Source of the DNA: Stylophora pistillata
Lineage: Eukaryota
DNA: 64,000 nucleotides
Assembly (NCBI RefSeq): GCF_002571385.2
Contig: NW_019218629.1
Span: 25,733 to 89,732, forward strand
Direction: 5' to 3'
Positions within the stretch are counted from its first letter, which is position 1. Each line of letters starts with the position of its first letter. The position numbers and the translations under genes were made by a program. The notes under the pieces were generated by a model. That model searched no databases, was not told the origin of the DNA, and saw only the letters and a program-made list of their open reading frames with translations. This document shows positions 21,901 to 35,094 of this stretch, one piece after another.

Positions 21901-22077
21901 GTTGCAGTGTGTGCAGAGTAGTGTAGATTGATGCTGTTTAGGGCCGCACTGGAAGGATTTGCAAGCTGAACATCTTCGGCCTTCACAGGGATGGTGTCGG
22001 AATTCGTCGTGGTCAAAACCACGTTGCAATCGTCGCAAGAGTAACTCCTCTCGAGGAACGGTAGAATTATTATTCAC
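18914..22077 (-). pseudogene. Protein-primed family B DNA polymerase (pPolB) with inserted Vsr-like nuclease and a 68-nt intron
   Basis: WADFEA, FHNLKGYD, YCRSDV, FFGGRT, YVDVTSEYP, KLMLNSFWGK, YYDTDS, KNYGY, KVKGF, FDKR. Several stops and frameshifts. Confidence 0.95.
20824..20891 (-). other. GT-AG spliceosomal intron in pPolB
   Basis: AACAG|GTAATC...TTCTTGTTTTAG|GTAC. Removing it restores TIAQACNRYCRECVMAPDSIA in frame. Confidence 0.8.
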
Positions 22078-22999
22078 GATATTTTACCGCGTCCTTCGTA
22101 CGATTGACAGTTATCGTTTTTCCCTAACTCGCACATGATTGACAGGTACTGTTTTCCCTCAAGTTTGTGTTATTTTTGACACCTGTCACTCATGAGTCAG
22201 TGAAAAAATATATTAGAAGTCGCAAACTTTCGCATCAGTTCAATTCAAACGCGTCTTCTCTTCGAGTCACATCGATATTTAGTTAGTCACCGACTAACAA
22301 CTCGAGGCTTATGGAATATTTTGTTTCATATTACCCGGCTCTTTGCATGCGTTCATCATACCGTCATCTAATTCACTCCAAATTCCATAACTTCCATTAA
22401 CCATTACTTCACATGTAGCCCATCTGCAAATGCACTTATATCAATCCCTTAGATAATACCTTTTGTTTTTTACCAGACTCACCTGCACGGAATAGAAACG
22501 TTTGTGTTTTGTTTCGAATTTTTTTCAGAATTATTATTTCACACCCCCTTCATGAGCCATTTTTGTGCACATGTATACTTTGAAGATGCACGAGTTTTTA
22601 ATGATATAATTTCGATATGCGATCGGCGACCTACATTAACTATGTTTCATTACCCTCCCATTCATCCAAATCTAATTTGGATAGGTAGTGCCTTTGGTTG
22701 GCGCGATATTAGCTTTTATTCATTTTCTTTATAATTTTTTTTAGCACGCGTCTACACTGTTTAATTTTCTGGCGTGGCACGAGAGACAACTATTTTGTAA
22801 CGTATTTCTTACAAGGCCTACCCTCAAATCGTGAACTCTTTTGAATACTTTTGAATTTTTTGTGGAATGAATTTACGATATCGTGTCGCACGTATGTTTT
22901 GCATTTCAACCGACACGAGTGGACATGATACACACGATCATTCATTTATACTAAGCCTATTGTATTTCGTTCTATAGTATTTAATAAACACATTCAGTT

Positions 23000-23637
23000 A
23001 AATATGTCTTTATTGAATCTTTGACACCTATTTTTACAACAAATGTCGTACCAATGTTCTGAATATTTCACTTCCGTCCATGCTTCTACCTCTCCCATGA
23101 GTACATTTGTTTTTTGCCCCGAATCTTGCCAATTTTCATGTTTTCATGACATCCTCGAACGTAAAACATAGATTCCGAAGTTTCTTTCCCACTCACAAAT
23201 TCGTACCAATGCGTAAATAAGTACAACTGCATGTGGGCTCCTTTGGGAATACCAAACCGCCTTAGTTTTTCAGTGACCGCGTGGTCGATGAGTTGACACC
23301 ACTCGTTAAAATCTCTTCTTTCAACTTCGTTTCGGCGCGGGGGAATAAACGGTTCGTCTTGTTTTAAAATCTCGCGAACGAGTACCAGAAATATCCACAC
23401 ATCTCTATAGTCAGCGACGCGAGAAACAAGGCGATGGCGTATTTCTAAGGACGGTGTGGCTTCAAATCCTAAGATGGCATGTAGCAAGACGCGGGCGCGA
23501 CCCGTTTTGGTACAAGCATGTGTATCGAATTTATAAATTTCGTGAGGGCATAAATAGGTTTGATAATATACTTCTTTGGGGTACGAATCGGGAAGCTCTT
23601 TACGACACTCCATCGGCACATAAATGACTACACACAT
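23000..23637 (-). CDS. Orphan element protein, paralog B (3' end probably frameshifted)
   Basis: GAHMQLYLFTHWYEF is shared with the neighbouring ORF. Confidence 0.55.
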
Positions 23638-23931
23638 TTCATTACAAACAAATTTGTTAAAAAAGAAATTGGAACAATTTAAAGAATCATTGCCTCTACA
23701 TTATCTTGTTAAGTTTCCCCTCTGAACGATGTTTATACCCCTACGGCTACATTCGATGGTTTGATGATTTCTTCTGTTTTAATTTCACTGAGTTTTTTAC
23801 TCTTGCTGTTTAAGTCACTTATTATTCTCGGAACCCTTACATATGAATCTCAAAGTTGTAAAAGTCCGTTGAAGGCTATACGCTTTTCCACACATTGTAG
23901 GCTTTTTTTTTCAAGACGGAGTTGTAAATTT

Positions 23932-24515
23932 TCACCAGTTTTTGATAAACCGATGCGACTCTGCTGTTCTTTTAAACCACTCTGGAGAATATTTCTCACA
24001 TGTCAAAGTCTCCATTTCACTCATGACCTCCGAATGGCTTAACATGGGATTACGAAACGATGCTAACACTTCTGTCACATCGTCCACGAAAAAATTATTC
24101 CACCTTAAACGTTCTCCTAACCGTTCAAATGCATCCCAATGTTTGAACATGTATAGCTGCATGTGTCCTCCTATGGGGTTTGACCATGCGTTGACTTCTC
24201 TCACCGTCTCGTCAAGTAATTTAACGCAAGCATCTATGAATCTATACTTGGAGGCTGGGTTATCCATCTCGAGTACTGGTCATTTCTTCTCGAACACGGC
24301 TTGTAAATACCGCAGAAAATAATACACCTCCATGTAATGACGAGATGTAGAAATGATGTCGTGGCGTCTCTTTTGACATAAGGGGTAATTGAAATATCCC
24401 AAAATACCGCGTATGACTTGTCGGGGTCCCACACTTTTTTAGGCGCACACAAATCGAATAGATACTTGTTCTGGTACAATAATTCACAATCGTTCAAAAT
24501 TCTCACGTCGCTCAT
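23932..24515 (-). pseudogene. Orphan element protein, paralog A (frameshift between ORFs 24234-24515 and 23932-24267)
   Basis: GGHMQLYMFKHWDAF and KYSPEW match paralog B (KYSEHW). Confidence 0.55.
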
Positions 24516-25008
24516 GATGCGTTTGCTTTACAGTTCATTGGCCGTTCGTTGACGAGACGCCGCACTGGTAAGTGACATCTATGACAATAACAACAATAAT
24601 AAGGTGTATAATACTAGCAAGATGTATATTGAAACCATATTTCTGCCGGTTTAGAAGCGATTCCTTTACTCCAACTGACGTGTTTAGGCATCATTCAATT
24701 TTAAGTAAAGCAATCTTTTCTGTAATTTCTTGTATCCGCTTTGGCATATATACTTTTCTCAATTCTCTTATTTCTACTCTGTGCCACCATAGTTAGAAGA
24801 GGGGAACTGGTTATGAAACCCGGCAAACTTCAGAGAAACAACTCTTTGTTATGGTTTTTGCGTCGTCACGTGATCACGACCCTGCACACAGCTAAACAAA
24901 ATGGCGTCTCCATTGTAATCAAGATGTGGGACGTGCTCTATTTACTAGTTTCCTGCTACTTATGTCTGTCCTTTTAATATGCAAAGATAACAAATGTAAA
25001 GAAGAATT

Positions 25009-25240
25009 ATGCCTGGAGAGAATTGTGCAGTATTTGGCTGTGGATCTTGCCGAAGGACAAAAGGAATTGGCATTTGGAAGTTGCCATTGGCGAAAGACGA
25101 AGCGCATGAAAAATGGAGGGAAGAGTGGCTCGGAGAGATCAAGAAGACAAGAGAAATGGACCGGAATTTCAGAGAACTAATAAAGTATGACCGAGTCTAC
25201 ACATGTGAGAAGCATTTTGCTCCTGAAGATATTGAAATAT
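25009..25240 (+). pseudogene. THAP zinc-finger exon, probably the 5' end of a DNA transposon gene
   Basis: [11 protein letters not shown]...LP...REEW...[12 protein letters not shown] (C2CH THAP signature), followed by a GTAAGT donor at 25241. Confidence 0.8.
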
Positions 25241-25475
25241 GTAAGTATGATACGTATAAGTCGTTTGACTTTTGCTTTTTCACCACACTGCAGTGCCCAA
25301 TCCTTGGAGACCACATCTTCAGAGTAGCTTGGTGATCAAGGAAGCACTCAAACCTGCTTTTAACATCACAAAGCACATCAATGATTTCCAGTATCAGGAC
25401 AGGTATGATTTTACTACTGCTGCCATTACCAAGAACAGAATTCATGGACCTACTGAAAAAGATTACACTTGCATA

Positions 25476-27209
25476 CATATGTATTTCATATGTTTGTTGT
25501 TTGATTTATCATCTACGGGTTTATGTCGAATTAATTTGATGGCCTGCTCCCAGTTGGCTTGTTAGCTCAATTGGTAGAGCGCTGCACTAGTATCGCAGAG
25601 GTCAGTGGTTCGAATCCCGTACAGGCCTGAATTTTTTTCAGGTCTGATTTTCACTATTGCTTAAATAGTGCTTTACTGCGAAGGATCGTGCACATATACG
25701 TTTCATAACCGCAGTTCATATATATGTATTTCATATGTTTGTTGTTTGATTTATCATCTACGGGTTTATGTCGAATTAATTTGATGGCCTGCTCCCAGTT
25801 GGCTTGTTAGCTCAATTGGTAGAGCGCTGCACTAGTATCGCAGAGGTCAGTGGTTCGAATCCCGTACAGGCCTGAATTTTTTTCAGGTCTGATTTTCACT
25901 ATTGCTTAAATAGTGCTTTACTGCGAAGGATCGTGCACATATACGTTTCATAACCGCAGTTCATATATATGTATTTCATATGTTTGTTGTTTGATTTATC
26001 ATCTACGGGTTTATGTCGAATTAATTTGATGGCCTGCTCCCAGTTGGCTTGTTAGCTCAATTGGTAGAGCGCTGCACTAGTATCGCAGAGGTCAGTGGTT
26101 CGAATCCCGTACAGGCCTGAATTTTTTTCAGGTCTGATTTTCACTATTGCTTAAATAGTGCTTTACTGCGAAGGATCGTGCACATATACGTTTCATAACC
26201 GCAGTTCATATATATGTATTTCATATGTTTGTTGTTTGATTTATCATCTACGGGTTTATGTCGAATTAATTTGATGGCCTGCTCCCAGTTGGCTTGTTAG
26301 CTCAATTGGTAGAGCGCTGCACTAGTATCGCAGAGGTCAGTGGTTCGAATCCCGTACAGGCCTGAATTTTTTTCAGGTCTGATTTTCACTATTGCTTAAA
26401 TAGTGCTTTACTGCGAAGGATCGTGCACATATACGTTTCATAACCGCAGTTCATATATATGTATTTCATATGTTTGTTGTTTGATTTATCATCTACGGGT
26501 TTATGTCGAATTAATTTGATGGCCTGCTCCCAGTTGGCTTGTTAGCTCAATTGGTAGAGCGCTGCACTAGTATCGCAGAGGTCAGTGGTTCGAATCCCGT
26601 ACAGGCCTGAATTTTTTTCAGGTCTGATTTTCACTATTGCTTAAATAGTGCTTTACTGCGAAGGATCGTGGACATACGCTTCATAACCGCAGTTCATATA
26701 TATGTATTTCATATGTTTGTTGTTTGATTTATCATCTACGGGTTTATGTCGAATTAATTTGATGGCCTGCTCCCAGTTGGCTTGTTAGCTCAATTGGTAG
26801 AGCGCTGCACTAGTATCGCAGAGGTCAGTGGTTCGAATCCCGTACAGGCCTGAATTTTTTTCAGGTCTGATTTTCACTATTGCTTAAATAGTGCTTTACT
26901 GCGAAGGATCGTGCACATATACGTTTCATAACCGCAGTTCATATATATGTATTTCATATGTTTGTTGTTTGATTTATCATCTACGGGTTTATGTCGAATT
27001 AATTTGATGGCCTGCTCCCAGTTGGCTTGTTAGCTCAATTGGTAGAGCGCTGCACTAGTATCGCAGAGGTCAGTGGTTCGAATCCCGTACAGGCCTGAAT
27101 TTTTTTCAGGTCTGATTTTCACTATTGTTTAAATAGTGCTTTACTGCGAAGGATCGTGCATATACGTTTCACAACCGCAGTTCATATATATGTATTTCAT
27201 ATGTTTGTT
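25476..27209 (+). repeat. Tandem array of 7 near-identical 245-bp units, each with a tRNA-Thr(AGT)-like sequence and an oligo-T terminator
   Basis: tRNA-like starts at 25556, 25801, 26046, 26291, 26536, 26779, 27024. A box, B box (GGTTCGAATCC) and a T7-T8 run in each unit. Confidence 0.95.
25556..25628 (+). tRNA. tRNA-Thr(AGT)-like pseudo-tRNA / SINE head (first of 7 copies)
   Basis: Acceptor stem GGCTTGT/ACAGGCC and D arm pair. Anticodon stem has 1 mismatch and T stem (AGTGG/CCCGT) has 2, so it is unlikely to be a decoding tRNA. Confidence 0.6.
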
Positions 27210-27429
27210 GATTGAAACTTATGATCCACAAGTGGGAGAACATTCTACATTTTATCAATTACTCAAAGACATGATGACAACTTTTCTATCATATGTTTCC
27301 TATTTACAACTCAAATATCGTGCAGAGTGAACAAATAAAACATAGTTAATCCCACCGCCATCTTGGATTCTTTTTTTATCTTTGTACTTTTTTGTACCGT
27401 TACTTTTTAAATACCCTTCTCACGAAATT

Positions 27430-27590
27430 TAACCCTAACCCTAACCTCGTACACCTACGCCAAACCCTAAACCCTAACCTCCTACACCTACGCCAAACCT
27501 TAAACCCTAACCTCGTACACCTACGCCAAACCTTAAACCCTAACCTCATACACCTACGCCAAACCCTAAAAACTCCTCGTACACCTACGC
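27430..27590. repeat. 33-bp minisatellite containing telomere-like CCCTAA
   Basis: About 4.5 copies of AACCCTAACCTCGTACACCTACGCCAAACC(C/T)TA. Confidence 0.85.
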
Positions 27591-28439
27591 TACATGAATA
27601 TATTAACCTCGGCCGAGACACTCGGACCCAGACCTCAACGGAATCTCCAATAAGGCGCCCTACACTAATAGTGGTATACCTTGTTCTTCTGCCAGAGAAT
27701 TAATACTTAATAAATGAAATTACTTAAACTGAATAAGGAATTAACAGCAAATGTGAGTAGTTCATTTCGCAGGTCAATATGACAATAACTGCTCACTACT
27801 TGTGACAGAAAGGCTTCAACAGAAGACTGAAAAAAAAACTTTTTGACCATTTACTTTGCACACAAGGTAAAAGGTAGTCGATAACTTTCGACTTTAAACA
27901 GGTTTAAGCTCTGCGTCGGCTATACGAACTCGCATTTTTGGTCTTAAGGGAGCTATGTCGCGATATTTTGAGTGATATTTACAGTCGTACAGAGTTGCCT
28001 TTAGATAGCATGAAACCTTGCACCCAGTTGCGTCTGGGTGTAATGTAATTGAGGTCGACGTCTAGAAAAAAGAAAACCTACCGCAACTTATCTATGATTA
28101 GTGTTCATCGCGCCAGCGTAACAGAAGGAGTGATAAACTAACGTAGTAGTCATCAGACTAACTTAGATCAACGCAATAAAGTGAAAGAGATGCCGCAACC
28201 AAGATATCTGCAAACGTTATATCTGTGAAGAAGACATTGGCCAGAAAAAGTTGATTTACACATTTTACGCAATTTCTGGAAGTAAAAATATTGGTAAACC
28301 GAAAATGCAAGTACATGCTTTATACAAATTCCCTATTGCGTAGGTGTTTCATAATATAGAGCTTTACCTCAACATTGGCTGTAAGCCTAACGGTGACAAT
28401 ACTTATTAGGTAATACAATGCCGTTTTTCTCTCTAGACA

Positions 28440-29767
28440 AGAAGCTATATCCGCCTTTTCGACAAATGCACCCAAAATTGGTTTGCAGTGGCACCAATCC
28501 TGGAAAGTACGCTTGTAGCTTTAAAGGCTAGTTATTCTCGCCTTAGAGAAGCTTTCTTGCGATCCAATCTCGCTGGGTGCTACCACAATGCATATCTTAT
28601 TTTGTCATTGGCAACTCTTGGTGAGCGTGTCGGAATCAGAATCTTGCGCTATGACCTCAACAATCCCCAAGCCGGCAAAGATGTCTGTGAGCGCCGTATA
28701 GCCACTCGTAAAAGTCACATGCGGCGATTTATAAACGAGGGAAATGACCTAAACACCGCCAATTACATGAGGGTTGCAATTGAATCGTATTGTGGGGTAA
28801 AGGGCTTTCATGCCACTGCAGCAGAAATCCAAGATTCTTTTCAAAGTATGATGAAACATAGCATGACTGGAATTCGAGCACTGAACAATTTCTTGTTCGA
28901 TTCAGCTGGACTGAGAGCTTGGAAGGCATACAATGTGGGCACCGGCAGGTTTTTTTCGCTGGCACAGCTTCAGAAGTACTGTACTCCACAAGGTCCCACA
29001 GGTGTCAAAGAACTTCAGCCATTTAGGCAAAAAAAATGCAACCGTTACAAGATGTCGGCACGTTTCGTACAGGAGCAATGCAGGCTCAAGTTGCTGGACC
29101 ATAAGCGCCAACAGAGGTGCAAATAACTCAATCAGACGAGGCAGAGTCAGCAAAACGATTGGTCGCCTCCTATTCCTACCCTGAACAAGGATGTGTCAAA
29201 GTCTACAAGGAATCTAAAGGTCTAAAGAAACATCTTGATGTTGGACGCCACCTAATCAAGTTAGAAAGAGAATCGGACTATGACAGCATCATAGCAAAGT
29301 GGGCAGAGAAAAAAACTTTTACAGGAGACTATGTGCAAGGTGAAGTTGGTGGTGCACCGTCAGTGACAGAATCCCCATCAGTATCAGCTGACAATCCATC
29401 ACTGGAGGAGGGTTGGGCAATGGAGAAATCAAAGAGGTCAATCCAATTTTCCGGATGCGTTCGCTCTTATTTGCAGGAAACATTATTCCAAGGAGAAAAA
29501 AACCTGTGTTGAAGCAAATCCCGCTTATATTGCATGTAAAATGAGGAGTCAAAGATCGTCAAATGGAGATAAACTGTTTTCAAAGGAAGAATGGCTTTTA
29601 ACACATCAAGTTGCAACTATTTCAGCAGGCTGTCAGCCCTTAACAAGAGTGGTGTCTTGAAGCGAAATGTAAATGTTTCCCAAGAGGAGGAAGAGGACTT
29701 TGATTATATCAGCGAAGTAGAGGCAATGGAGACAAGATTCCAAATAAGAAGGGAACTAGAATTATAA
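28440..29767 (+). pseudogene. DDD/E transposase relic, Sola3-like
   Basis: FLRS(NL)AGCYH, PQAGKDVCERRIA..KSHMRRFINEGND, C2H2-like PEQGC..KHLDVGRH, EGWAM. Frameshifted. Family assignment is from memory of motifs. Confidence 0.6.
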
Positions 29768-31299
29768 TTTAAAACTTGTATTTTATGTATAATTGCGAAG
29801 TAATCTCTATTTAATTATGAATAACCTGCAAAAGGCACTCATGAACACTGTGAGGTAAAAAGTACTGGCTATAATATCTGGCGAGGAGCCTGGCAAAACA
29901 GTGGAAAGCAAATCCCTCTACATTTGAGTACCACAACGCTACTAGCAACCCCTTGCCACATAACATATAGCAATACAAATTCAATTGTAAGAGCAATGAA
30001 ACATGGAAAGGAGCTTAGCACTAATGTCCATTAAGTACATATAAGAGGCCAGCTCCAGTCCTAACGTGAATAATTGTGAGCAAACACTTACTTAAAATCA
30101 ACTGCAAAAATCAAAATAACCGGGGTATCTTTCAATCTAGCTTATAGACTTGAGCAGCTCTTTCCCTATTTAGTAAAATTTTGTAACAACTGAAGTATTT
30201 TGCAATAAGTTTTCAGTTACTTCGTTAGTGTTGCAAACCACTTTAATCACGCGAAATAACTAACACAACAAACAGTAACGTTCTCCTCGACTGTCGTTTT
30301 TCACCGCCTTGTTTTTCTCGTACGATTTTTTTCTTTTTTTTAATCCCATAATAATCATCTGGGCTAGTCCCAGTTACTCTCGTCCTGCTTGCATTTAGTC
30401 TTTCAAATTTAAAAATATTGCATATGAAAAATGAATCTTCGAATGCCGTTTTTTATTATTCTCGGATTGGTAAATAATACCACAAAACGTAATTTAAAGG
30501 ATTGATTGTGGCGCGAAGATAATAATTTACTGTAAAATAGTATCTAACTGTAAGTGCGTAGTAGTTAAAACTAAATAAAAGAAAAAAATGGAAATAGTGC
30601 GTAATACTAACTACTAGTGCAGTAACTACAGTTTCATGGGTCTAGTAAAATCACTCTAGTTGCCACATCATAGTTGAATAGAAATAGAGAAAATTATGAT
30701 GAATACAAACACAAAGTGGCAAGGAAACTGACTATCTAGATTAACCTGATTTCAGTAATATACTCATGCAATCAGATTTTAGTTTAGTGAACGAAAATAA
30801 CTTGAACCTAAGTCGAGTATGGATTGCCTGTCAAAGAGAGACTTTTAGTTTTTCGAGCTCAGCGAATTTTATTTCTGAATTCATGAATTGAAGTACATGT
30901 AACAGAAACACGTGTCACGCCACACGCGTAAATTTACATGAAGGCTGTTTTTTCTTTCGTAAGGAGATTACTTTAAGCGCGCTCCATGTTTGAAAATAAA
31001 CCTAAAAAGTATGAAAGGAAAAAGTGGTGCAAAAAATATTTCGCAGACTTTGATTTCAGCTGTTGACTTTCAGTATATAAACATGAATCGGTGTTATTAG
31101 TTTACTAGTAACTGTCAGTGAATTGAGCCAATATCTACGAATTAGTGCAATTAATTCAACACCTTAGCTATGCAACTAAACATCTTTTAATAATTTTAGA
31201 GCCGAAAAACAGAAAAACAAAACATTTGGCGTCACCTATACCATTACAAGATTTGATTCGGTTCATTGACCAGCAGCTTGCGGTCACAAAGTACTTAAA

Positions 31300-31847
31300 T
31301 CAACTTTGCCTGTCACGCACTTCAGAGGAATGTGATCACGAATATTTCACAGAGGCCAAAAATTTTTTTCGTCAGGAACATAGCACTATGATTGGGTTTT
31401 ACTGTGATCACAAGTTGATCGACATGTAACGTTGCCCACTGGAGATGTTTGCAATTAAAAAAGCCTAATTTTCGGTTTCTTAAAATTGTCGCGTGACATG
31501 GTTAATTATGAAATGCTCTCGATTGGCGAGATTAATTTCAAATCAATCCGACTTCGAACCTTTTATTACTTAAGGTTCAAAGAATTGTCGGATTAAATGA
31601 GATCAAAATCCACCGCATTTTATGAGTGTGAGAGATCCTTTTGGAAAGTACAATTTTAGAGTTAATTTTGGGGTTTTATCCCTGGGATTTGATGTGAAAG
31701 CCCCTGTACCCCAGGGATTAGCCGGGAGCCCAAACTAGTCTGGACCCTTGAATAACTTTATGACCTTAATCATCTGTAAAAAATTTTGAGAGAAATCGGT
31801 GAGATGGCATGTGTCACGCCTGCCTGGTACTCTCGTGGACAGACTCA
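31300..31847. mobile_element. Probable right terminus of the Sola3-like element (...GTGGACAGACTC)
   Basis: Ends in CTC (GAG terminus on the minus strand) close to TTAA. The matching left TIR was not found. Confidence 0.35.
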
Positions 31848-31879
31848 CTTAAAAGTACCTCGACGGAGATGCTTTACGA

Positions 31880-34200
31880 GCTGTTATAGGTCAACTGACC
31901 CGCTAGGATGTCCTTAAGGCTATTTAAGTGCCAGAGTGAGCCAATACCCCAACTCGGCTTCCACATTTCAACTATCTCGTTTGATTATCAGTGGAGGTAT
32001 TGCAGAAAATTCAGGACCAAGTACGAACAAACAGACCTGCCCTGAGTGCTCAAGAACCATTGCTAAAAACCACAGATAGCTCTCGTGCAGCGTCTACGAT
32101 CTCATCTACCACATCAAGTGCGGAAATGTAATGCCCAAAGACTTCAAGCTTATTCAGTTAACTGTACCAATGATTTGGAAATGCCCTGTCTGTCAACCTC
32201 ACATTTCGCTTGATCTTAGAGGGCTACCACTCACTTCACTGTCAGAAGAATCTTTTAAGTCTTTGGCGAGAACGGATCCACTTCACAACGAATTCTCTCA
32301 GTAAAATTCTAACAGTGATCATTTGCTCGAAAATGCCCGAGAAATAAATACCTTACCAAAAGATTTAAAGGTCGCCCACCTAAATATCTGTAGTCTGCGT
32401 AACAAAGTTGAGAATTGCGTGTGCTTCAGACGATTTTTGGATTTGATCTCGCTATCACCGAGACCCACTTAAATTCGTCTGACAGAGATCAAGATCTACA
32501 AACTGACGGCCTTAAATTAATCCGCCTAGATAGACTCAAATGCAAAGGTGGAGATCACATTTTATACTACTCTGAATACCTCAAGGCGACACAGCATGGA
32601 TCCGGGTAAAATTCCCTTTGTATTATATATTAATCGGTGTGGTTTATAGATCGGAAAGGCTATTGATTAAATTTTCTCGATAATCTACATTACTCACTCG
32701 AGAAAGCCTGGATGAAATCAAACAGTATTTTTCTACTAGACGACCGTAATTGAGACCTGCAGGGCGCCAGAGAACGCACCCATCTTATAGACAACAACCA
32801 CAAAACGAGGAAGCTACCGGATCTATTAGACCTTTTTAATATCCAGAATGTTGTGAACGAACCCACCCGTGTTCCACCAACCGCACAATCTTTAGTTGAC
32901 TTGATTGTGACGACTAAGGTGAACTTAGTCAGTAAATCTGTAGTACTACCTCTCGGTTTATCAGATCACTGTCTTATCTACGCAACTCTTAAGCTAAACA
33001 GCAAAAGACTTCCACCCAAAGTAATCAGGACTAGAAATTTTAAACATTTTAACGACAAGGATTTTAAGACAGATGTTAAGCGAATACCATTTCACATTAC
33101 AACAGTTTTCCAAGACAACGACGATTCCCTGTGGGCCTGGGAGCAGTTGTTCAATAGTGTCTTTGACCAACACGCACCACACAGAGTTGTGAAAACACGA
33201 AGCGTTTCTTCGCCATGGGTTAATAAACAAACTAAGCTCAAAATGAATCGAAGAGTCAAATTGTTTAAGAAAGTCATCAAAACCAACTAAAGAAGCTAAG
33301 AAGTGGGCTGATTACAAGACTAAGAAACGAAATAACATCTGACATTAGGAAGGCCAAATCAGCTTGTTTTATGAGGAAATTTCACGAAGTTAAAACCACC
33401 TCCGCCTGTTGAAACTTACTTTCTAAAGCAACTAACCCCAAAGCTCGAAAACCAATCAGTCCGCTAAAACGTGATGACGAGTCCCTCGCTGTCGACGATA
33501 TAGAGAAAGCTGACTTACTAAATTGTTTCTTCGCCACTGTCGGAATGAAACTAGCAGACACCATTGAGTAGCAGCAACAGACATTAAGCACCATAAACAC
33601 TAAGCCTGTCCCATGAATATATGATGCTCGAGTATCATACGGTGAATTTGCGAAGAAACTTATGACCCCGAAGACAAACAAAGCTACTCGCCTGAGTTTT
33701 GCCACGGTTACTTGCTGCTGCTAAAACATCTACTGCCGTGCCACTGACTAACCTATATCTACGCAGCCTGAGAGAAGCGAAAGTTTACGGTGACTAAAAG
33801 GTAGCCAGATTAAATCTCATTTATAAGAAATACGACGAGTCAGATAGAGAAAATTGTCGCCCATTGTCTATGCTGAGTGTACCAAGCAAAATCCCTGAAT
33901 ATCGGTGGGCCTACCACAAAGGTCACTCTATTGATTCACTCACTATTAGTACATCTAACCCAGACCCGGATACGGATGCGCTTGGGACTCCAACCTTGTC
34001 GTAGGCGTATTATTTATCGACTTCAAAAAGCGTTTGATAGCATTTCCCATAAAATCTTAATCCACAAACTTGAGCATAATAACGGGATCAAGGGGAACCT
34101 GCCCGATTTGACAAGATTATGTAAGTGAAAGAATTGGAGTTCACAGAACAACTTGGTCCCTCACCCCAAAAAGTGTGAAGCAATGATGTTACTATGAAGG
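31880..34200 (+). mobile_element. Degenerate CR1/L2-group LINE (PHD finger, AP endonuclease, RT start)
   Basis: CPEC..HIKC..WKCPVC, HLNICSLRNK, AITETHL, NEPTRV..DLI..SDHCLIY, RPLSMLS, QKAFDSISH. Many stops. Confidence 0.85.
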
Positions 34201-35094
34201 AGTTTTACGGTCTTTTCGTCCAAAAGTATTTTCATCGGAAGTGTGTACGTCTAATTGTTAAGTCTTTCCGTGAAGCAAATAAATACCTATTATATTATAT
34301 TATATTATATTATAGAAAAGGCTACCATGTAACCCATTTTTGTTCGCCACTTCAACATAAAAATCTGGGAAGGATCGTGAAATTTTTTCTAACACTAAGA
34401 AAAAATTACTCTGCTTCGGGACTTAACGGAAAGTTGTAAAAGTAATGAAGTAGGAGAGCTGAGTCTGCTTGTTCCGGTCATAGCGAGAACCCTATAGAAA
34501 CTTTTGGATTACTTTTCAGCATTGTAAACAAATTTCGTTTGGCCTGACTTGTCTCTTTTAGTCCTTACTTTTCATATCTAGACTTTGGCCGCCCCTAAAA
34601 CAAGGTCAGCAAAGAACCCTGTGCTGTGTCGTTGTGGTTGAACTTACAGAATTATCCTTGAAAACTTTTTCATTGTCAATGGTTAATAAGAGTTATTATG
34701 ATATTTGCTTCCCAGGTAACCTTATCCATAACGAGAGAGAAAAACAAACAAATATTAAAGCTGAATGTTAGCAAACAAAACTGTTTATTTTCCGGTTTTT
34801 ACTGCTAAAAACTTTGGACCGGATACTGAGTCGGATCCTCCTCTAACCCACTGACGAAAAAACTGATCGTATGGTTGCTCACATGGGAAGGAGGCTTCCT
34901 GCAAGTTTCAAACCTAAACATCGTGTTACATGTGGCGTGTAACATAGAGTAAGCCTCTTCAAATTTTTCTCCAATTATTCAACCGGTATTTTTTTGTATT
35001 AGTAACCAAATTTGTATGTCCTCTTTCTTTTCTCTCTCTCGATCTTCTGCATTTGACAAATTTGACCTTCAGGAATCAAGGAAACCAAACCGTA

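Larger units (their letters stand above)
1700..24550. mobile_element. Endogenous Polinton/Maverick (adintovirus-like) element, Vsr-type pPolB group, decayed; ends approximate, no TIRs found
   Basis: Co-located rve integrase, DJR major capsid, adenain, packaging ATPase, pentons, PLA2 and pPolB in a compact viral gene layout. Most core genes carry stops or frameshifts. Confidence 0.93.

Noticed and set aside
22200-22930. Possible decayed minus-strand gene with a small intron upstream of pPolB
   Set aside because: Too many stops to assign a product.
25476-27209. CRISPR array or functional tRNA gene cluster
   Set aside because: Whole units are identical with no unique spacers and there are no cas genes. 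T-stem and anticodon-stem mismatches argue against canonical tRNAs.
27392-27703. ORFs with LNPNLVHLRQT repeats
   Set aside because: Translation of the 33-bp minisatellite.
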